Shown here piece after piece: positions 60,531-64,000 of a DNA stretch of 64,000 nucleotides. The stretch lies in the NCBI GenBank assembly GCA_041660565.1, contig JBAZWC010000001.1:238481-302480 (forward strand), read 5' to 3'. This DNA comes from Patescibacteria group bacterium. Its GTDB lineage: Bacteria; Patescibacteriota; UBA1384; CAJBMM01. Position numbers and translations under genes: made by a program. The notes below the pieces were generated by a model that saw nothing but the letters and a program-made list of their open reading frames with translations, did no database searches and was not told where the DNA came from. The first letter of the stretch is position 1. Every line of letters starts with the position of its first letter.

Positions 60531-63470
60531 TTATATTACCTTAAACCGGATGGAAAATAAGGGCGTGAGCGTTGTTTTCTGCTTAAGTTGAGCTTCTACT
60601 CTTTCAAGAAGCCCCTCTTTTTTGGTTTCAACCTCATCCTGTGATTGATAAAGTTTCATGCGCATATTGTTCCGTTTCTTTTCAGTGTCTTTAATCTCGC
60701 GTTGAAGTTTAACTTTTTCTGCTAGATTTAAGACCTTTTTCGCATTTGTCTTCATTGTTTTTATATCAATATCGAGTCGCTTCAGCTCTATTTCTAAACT
60801 TTTTTTCATATCCTCTGCCCATTTATCGAGCTTGTCTACTTCATCTTCAAAGAACTCACCATTACGTTCGGCAATATCAATAGTGAGACCATTTACCTTT
60901 TCCTGTTCCAATTGTTGTACTTCTGCATTTACTGTTACTACATTATTCTGGGCAACCTCTGCCTTCAAGGAAAATAGCTTTTTCGCCACATCTTCATCAA
61001 TTTGAGTCCCATCATCCGTTAGAGCAGTTAATATGAGATTATCTTCGGTTTCAAATGAGCCAATGGTGAGCTCTGATACTTGCAGATAACCAGAAGTGCC
61101 TACCAGCTCACTTACTGGGGTAATAATCTGTCCGTGGTTTGAATAATCGAATACGAGTTCGGCGCTGGGTAGATTAATTGCTTTGACTTCACGCAAAATA
61201 TGCTCGGCCAGTGGATGGCCTGGGCGATAGATATGCGCGTCATCAATATTTTTGCCAATTTTATATGGGCCTTCTTCAATGTCTTCACCGGGGAATGGAT
61301 TATTTTTTAGTGTAAAAGAGTATTCGCCATCAGCATATATTGCTCTGTTTCCTAAATAGTGCTGTGAAACATCCCAGAGCCACTTTTCATATGTTTCTAG
61401 AAAAGCCTTGCTCTCTCGTAAATTGATTTTTAGTTTTTCATGAACATCAGCATCGAAGTTCTCCAGAAGCTTTTCTTTAGCGCCACGCATACCTTCTTGA
61501 ATCGACTCGTCCATTTCTGTCTGCAGGGCATCAAAAGCAGTGTTTATCTCTACCTCTGTACGGCAAGACTGATATATTGCAGCGATTCGTTTTTCAAAAT
61601 CTACACCAGATTCAATACTTCCAAGTACTTCATCACTTGCCCCAAATACCCCTTTAAAAAGTTTGAATTTTTGATCAAGAAGTTCGTAAACGCGCTGATC
61701 GGCAGCGTTCTTGCGGTTTACAAAATTTACCACAACCACATCGTGCTTTTGGCCATAACGATGACAGCGACCGATTCTTTGCTCAATTCTTTGCGGGTTC
61801 CACGGGAGATCATAATTAATAACTAGTGAACAGAATTGTAGGTTAATGCCTTCAGCTGCAGCTTCCGTCGCAATCATTATTTCCGCATCAGATTTGAAAT
61901 AGTCTACCAGAGCTGCACGTAGGTCTGCGGTCTTTGACCCTGTAATTTTGTCACTATCAGCGTTTTTCTTAAGCCATTCAGCGTAAATATCTTTGGATTT
62001 CTGATCATTATTAGAGCCGTTAAATAGCAGTATTTTATCTTTGTAGCCGATATCTGATAGTAAATCCCATAGATATTTTTGAGTGATAGTAGATTCAGTA
62101 AAGATTACCGCTTTTTTCTGGGCTCCAAGCGTTGCGGTCATTTCAAAACCTTTTTCTAATGCAATAAGCAGGGATTCTCCTTTGGAATTTTTGAAAATTG
62201 CTTTGGCCAAATCTCTAAACTTTTCCAAATCCTTTTTTTCTGTTTTGATATGAGGAATATCTTCAAGCGTGTATTTCTTCTTAGCTTTTCCTTTACCCTC
62301 AGGCTCATCTTCCTCATCATCAATCCACTCGTCTGCTGTATCCGCAAGCGCCTCATAATTTTCAGCAAGATCGAACGGGAGTTCATCATTTATAGTCTTG
62401 GACTCTTCTCGGATCTCTTCCTCCAATTTTTCAAGTTTATAAACCAGGCCATTCAAGGTGCTGGCAATTGCAAAAGAAGATGAGGCGAGAAGCTTACGCA
62501 AAATTAGCGTCATAAGTTGACGTTGGCTGTATGGGAGCGCGTATAGCTTTGGCCGCTGTAAATATTCTGACATACCATCATATAGCTCAATCTCTTGATC
62601 GGTAGGCACGTAATCTTGGGTGATTGGCTTGCGATCACGAAAATTTATGTATTCCAAAACCTGACGTCGTAAGGTGCGGATACAGATTGGTCTCAATCTG
62701 GCGCGCAAATCAGCGAACATTTCCTGCTTTGGCTCTACTAAACCTAACTCCCCATCGTAAATATCTTGTTCACGGGATACTTTAGCGTAGTTTGCTTTGA
62801 AGCTTTCTAGATCACCGAAGATATGGTCATCAATAATACTGGTAAGGCCGTATAGCTCTAATAATGAGTTTTGGAGTGGAGTCGCCGTAAGTAATAATTT
62901 GGGATATTCCTGAATTGCGTCCTTAATTTCTCTTGCAATTTTGTTGCTTGTTTTATAGACATTGCGCAGTCGGTGTGCCTCATCGATTACTACCAAGTCG
63001 AAAGTTGTCTGGCGGATATACGCTGATTTACCTTTGGCAAAATGGTATGAGCAAATAACAATCGCGTCTTCTTGGCTGAAGGGATTAAGATTGCCGGCTT
63101 TTATGATTTGATTAAATGATTTAGTCTCCAGAATTAGTGAGGGTAGAAAGAATTTTTCTTGGAGCTCACTGTTCCACTGCTTTCTAAGGCTTGATGGAAC
63201 TATTAAAAGTATTTTTCTTTTTCGTTCAGCCCACTTTTGAGATAAAACCAAACCAGCTTCAATGGTTTTCCCCAAACCAACCTCGTCTGCAAGAATTGCT
63301 CCTTTTGATAAGGGTGATTTAAAGGCGAACAGAGCGGCCTCTATCTGGTGAGGGTTTAGATCAACCTGTGCGTTTGAAAGCGTAGAAGATAGTTTTTCAA
63401 GACTATTTGACGGGCTGCGCTTGGTCAGCTCGTAAGCAAAGTATTTTGCATGATAATCGGTTAATTTCAT
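60531..63470 (-). CDS. SNF2-family helicase associated with type III RM
   Basis: LADEVGLGKT, DEAH, TATP.QN, EG.NLQ and WNP.R.EQRIGR. Confidence 0.92.
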   Translation of the reverse strand: MKLTDYHAKYFAYELTKRSPSNSLEKLSSTLSNAQVDLNPHQIEAALFAFKSPLSKGAILADEVGLGKTIEAGLVLSQKWAERKRKILLIVPSSLRKQWNSELQEKFFLPSLILETKSFNQIIKAGNLNPFSQEDAIVICSYHFAKGKSAYIRQTTFDLVVIDEAHRLRNVYKTSNKIAREIKDAIQEYPKLLLTATPLQNSLLELYGLTSIIDDHIFGDLESFKANYAKVSREQDIYDGELGLVEPKQEMFADLRARLRPICIRTLRRQVLEYINFRDRKPITQDYVPTDQEIELYDGMSEYLQRPKLYALPYSQRQLMTLILRKLLASSSFAIASTLNGLVYKLEKLEEEIREESKTINDELPFDLAENYEALADTADEWIDDEEDEPEGKGKAKKKYTLEDIPHIKTEKKDLEKFRDLAKAIFKNSKGESLLIALEKGFEMTATLGAQKKAVIFTESTITQKYLWDLLSDIGYKDKILLFNGSNNDQKSKDIYAEWLKKNADSDKITGSKTADLRAALVDYFKSDAEIMIATEAAAEGINLQFCSLVINYDLPWNPQRIEQRIGRCHRYGQKHDVVVVNFVNRKNAADQRVYELLDQKFKLFKGVFGASDEVLGSIESGVDFEKRIAAIYQSCRTEVEINTAFDALQTEMDESIQEGMRGAKEKLLENFDADVHEKLKINLRESKAFLETYEKWLWDVSQHYLGNRAIYADGEYSFTLKNNPFPGEDIEEGPYKIGKNIDDAHIYRPGHPLAEHILREVKAINLPSAELVFDYSNHGQIITPVSELVGTSGYLQVSELTIGSFETEDNLILTALTDDGTQIDEDVAKKLFSLKAEVAQNNVVTVNAEVQQLEQEKVNGLTIDIAERNGEFFEDEVDKLDKWAEDMKKSLEIELKRLDIDIKTMKTNAKKVLNLAEKVKLQREIKDTEKKRNNMRMKLYQSQDEVETKKEGLLERVEAQLKQKTTLTPLFSIRFKVI

Positions 63471-63523
63471 TTCAAGCTTAATATACTCTTTTTGTTCGTG
63501 AATGTTAAATCAGCTTATTCTGG

Positions 63524-63781
63524 TTAACTACGTCGGTTGTCATAAAATCCAGACGGAGATGGCGACGCCGAGATCTGTATTCCTGATGTAGAAGCGATGC
63601 GAGCACCACCATAGTGATGCGTTGAGTATTGCGCAATCTCAACATGTTCAAAATACCCAATTATTTTGCAATTTGAGCTATAGCACCATTTACATATTAA
63701 CTCCCCAGCTGATGTGCCAGCACTGAATATTATGATGGCCGCGCCGCATGTAAAACACCAAACAATTGGATTAATTTTCAT
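63524..63781 (-). CDS. Possible small Cys-rich protein
   Basis: AAGGAAAGG SD and CxxC..CxxC; no family recognised. Confidence 0.35.
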   Translation of the reverse strand: MKINPIVWCFTCGAAIIIFSAGTSAGELICKWCYSSNCKIIGYFEHVEIAQYSTHHYGGARIASTSGIQISASPSPSGFYDNRRS

Positions 63782-63911
63782 TTTTTTCCTTTCCTTTTAA
63801 TCTGTCTGACATTTCATTATAAGTGAGTCCGCGGACTATATCCACTTTTTTGCGCTATGTCAATATGCTCTGGCTCGTGGAAGAAAAGTCAAATCAAAAA
63901 TCTTTTATATA

Positions 63912-63984
63912 GGTTCCGGATACTCCTCGCGGCCTTGCGGCCGGAGTCGTTAGTTCCTAACGGAACAATCAAGTCCGGAATGAC
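63912..63984 (-). repeat. REP carrying the same 48-nt loop insert as 42223-42270
   Basis: GGTTCCGGAT-[63922-63969]-CAAGTCCGGAATGAC. Confidence 0.88.
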
Positions 63985-64000
63985 ACGAGTAGCGTCTGGA

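Overview
The window is core chromosome from a low-GC bacterium with Patescibacteria (CPR) hallmarks: rpmD is absent from the spc operon, AspRS lacks the GAD insert, and rplQ-rplM-rpsI are joined. The left arm has cell-wall genes (Mur ligase, ddl), a degenerate histidine kinase, tRNA-Ala(GGC), two large Ig/FN3 surface proteins and aspS/pheT/pheS. The centre is the rpoBC-str-S10-spc-alpha supercluster on the minus strand. The right arm is a defence island: SNF2 helicase, type III Mod/Res, PHP-ATPase and a PD-(D/E)XK nuclease. The most unusual signals are intergenic. (1) Two essential genes, aspS and rplN, are each followed by a second, synonymously recoded copy of their own 3' end, with cargo DNA between the copies. 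This suggests tail-replacing insertion with no integrase in the window. (2) A GIY-YIG gene is flanked by inverted REP-like hairpins, and an empty copy of the hairpin pair lies after rpoC. (3) There are about 14 GTCATTCC-type REPs, several with smaller hairpins nested in their loops, including a 48-nt module with compensatory changes. (4) GC-rich promoter-ORF-terminator cassettes (pseudo-receivers, DUF2103-like) split the str operon and precede rpoB. (5) adk appears to start at ATC.
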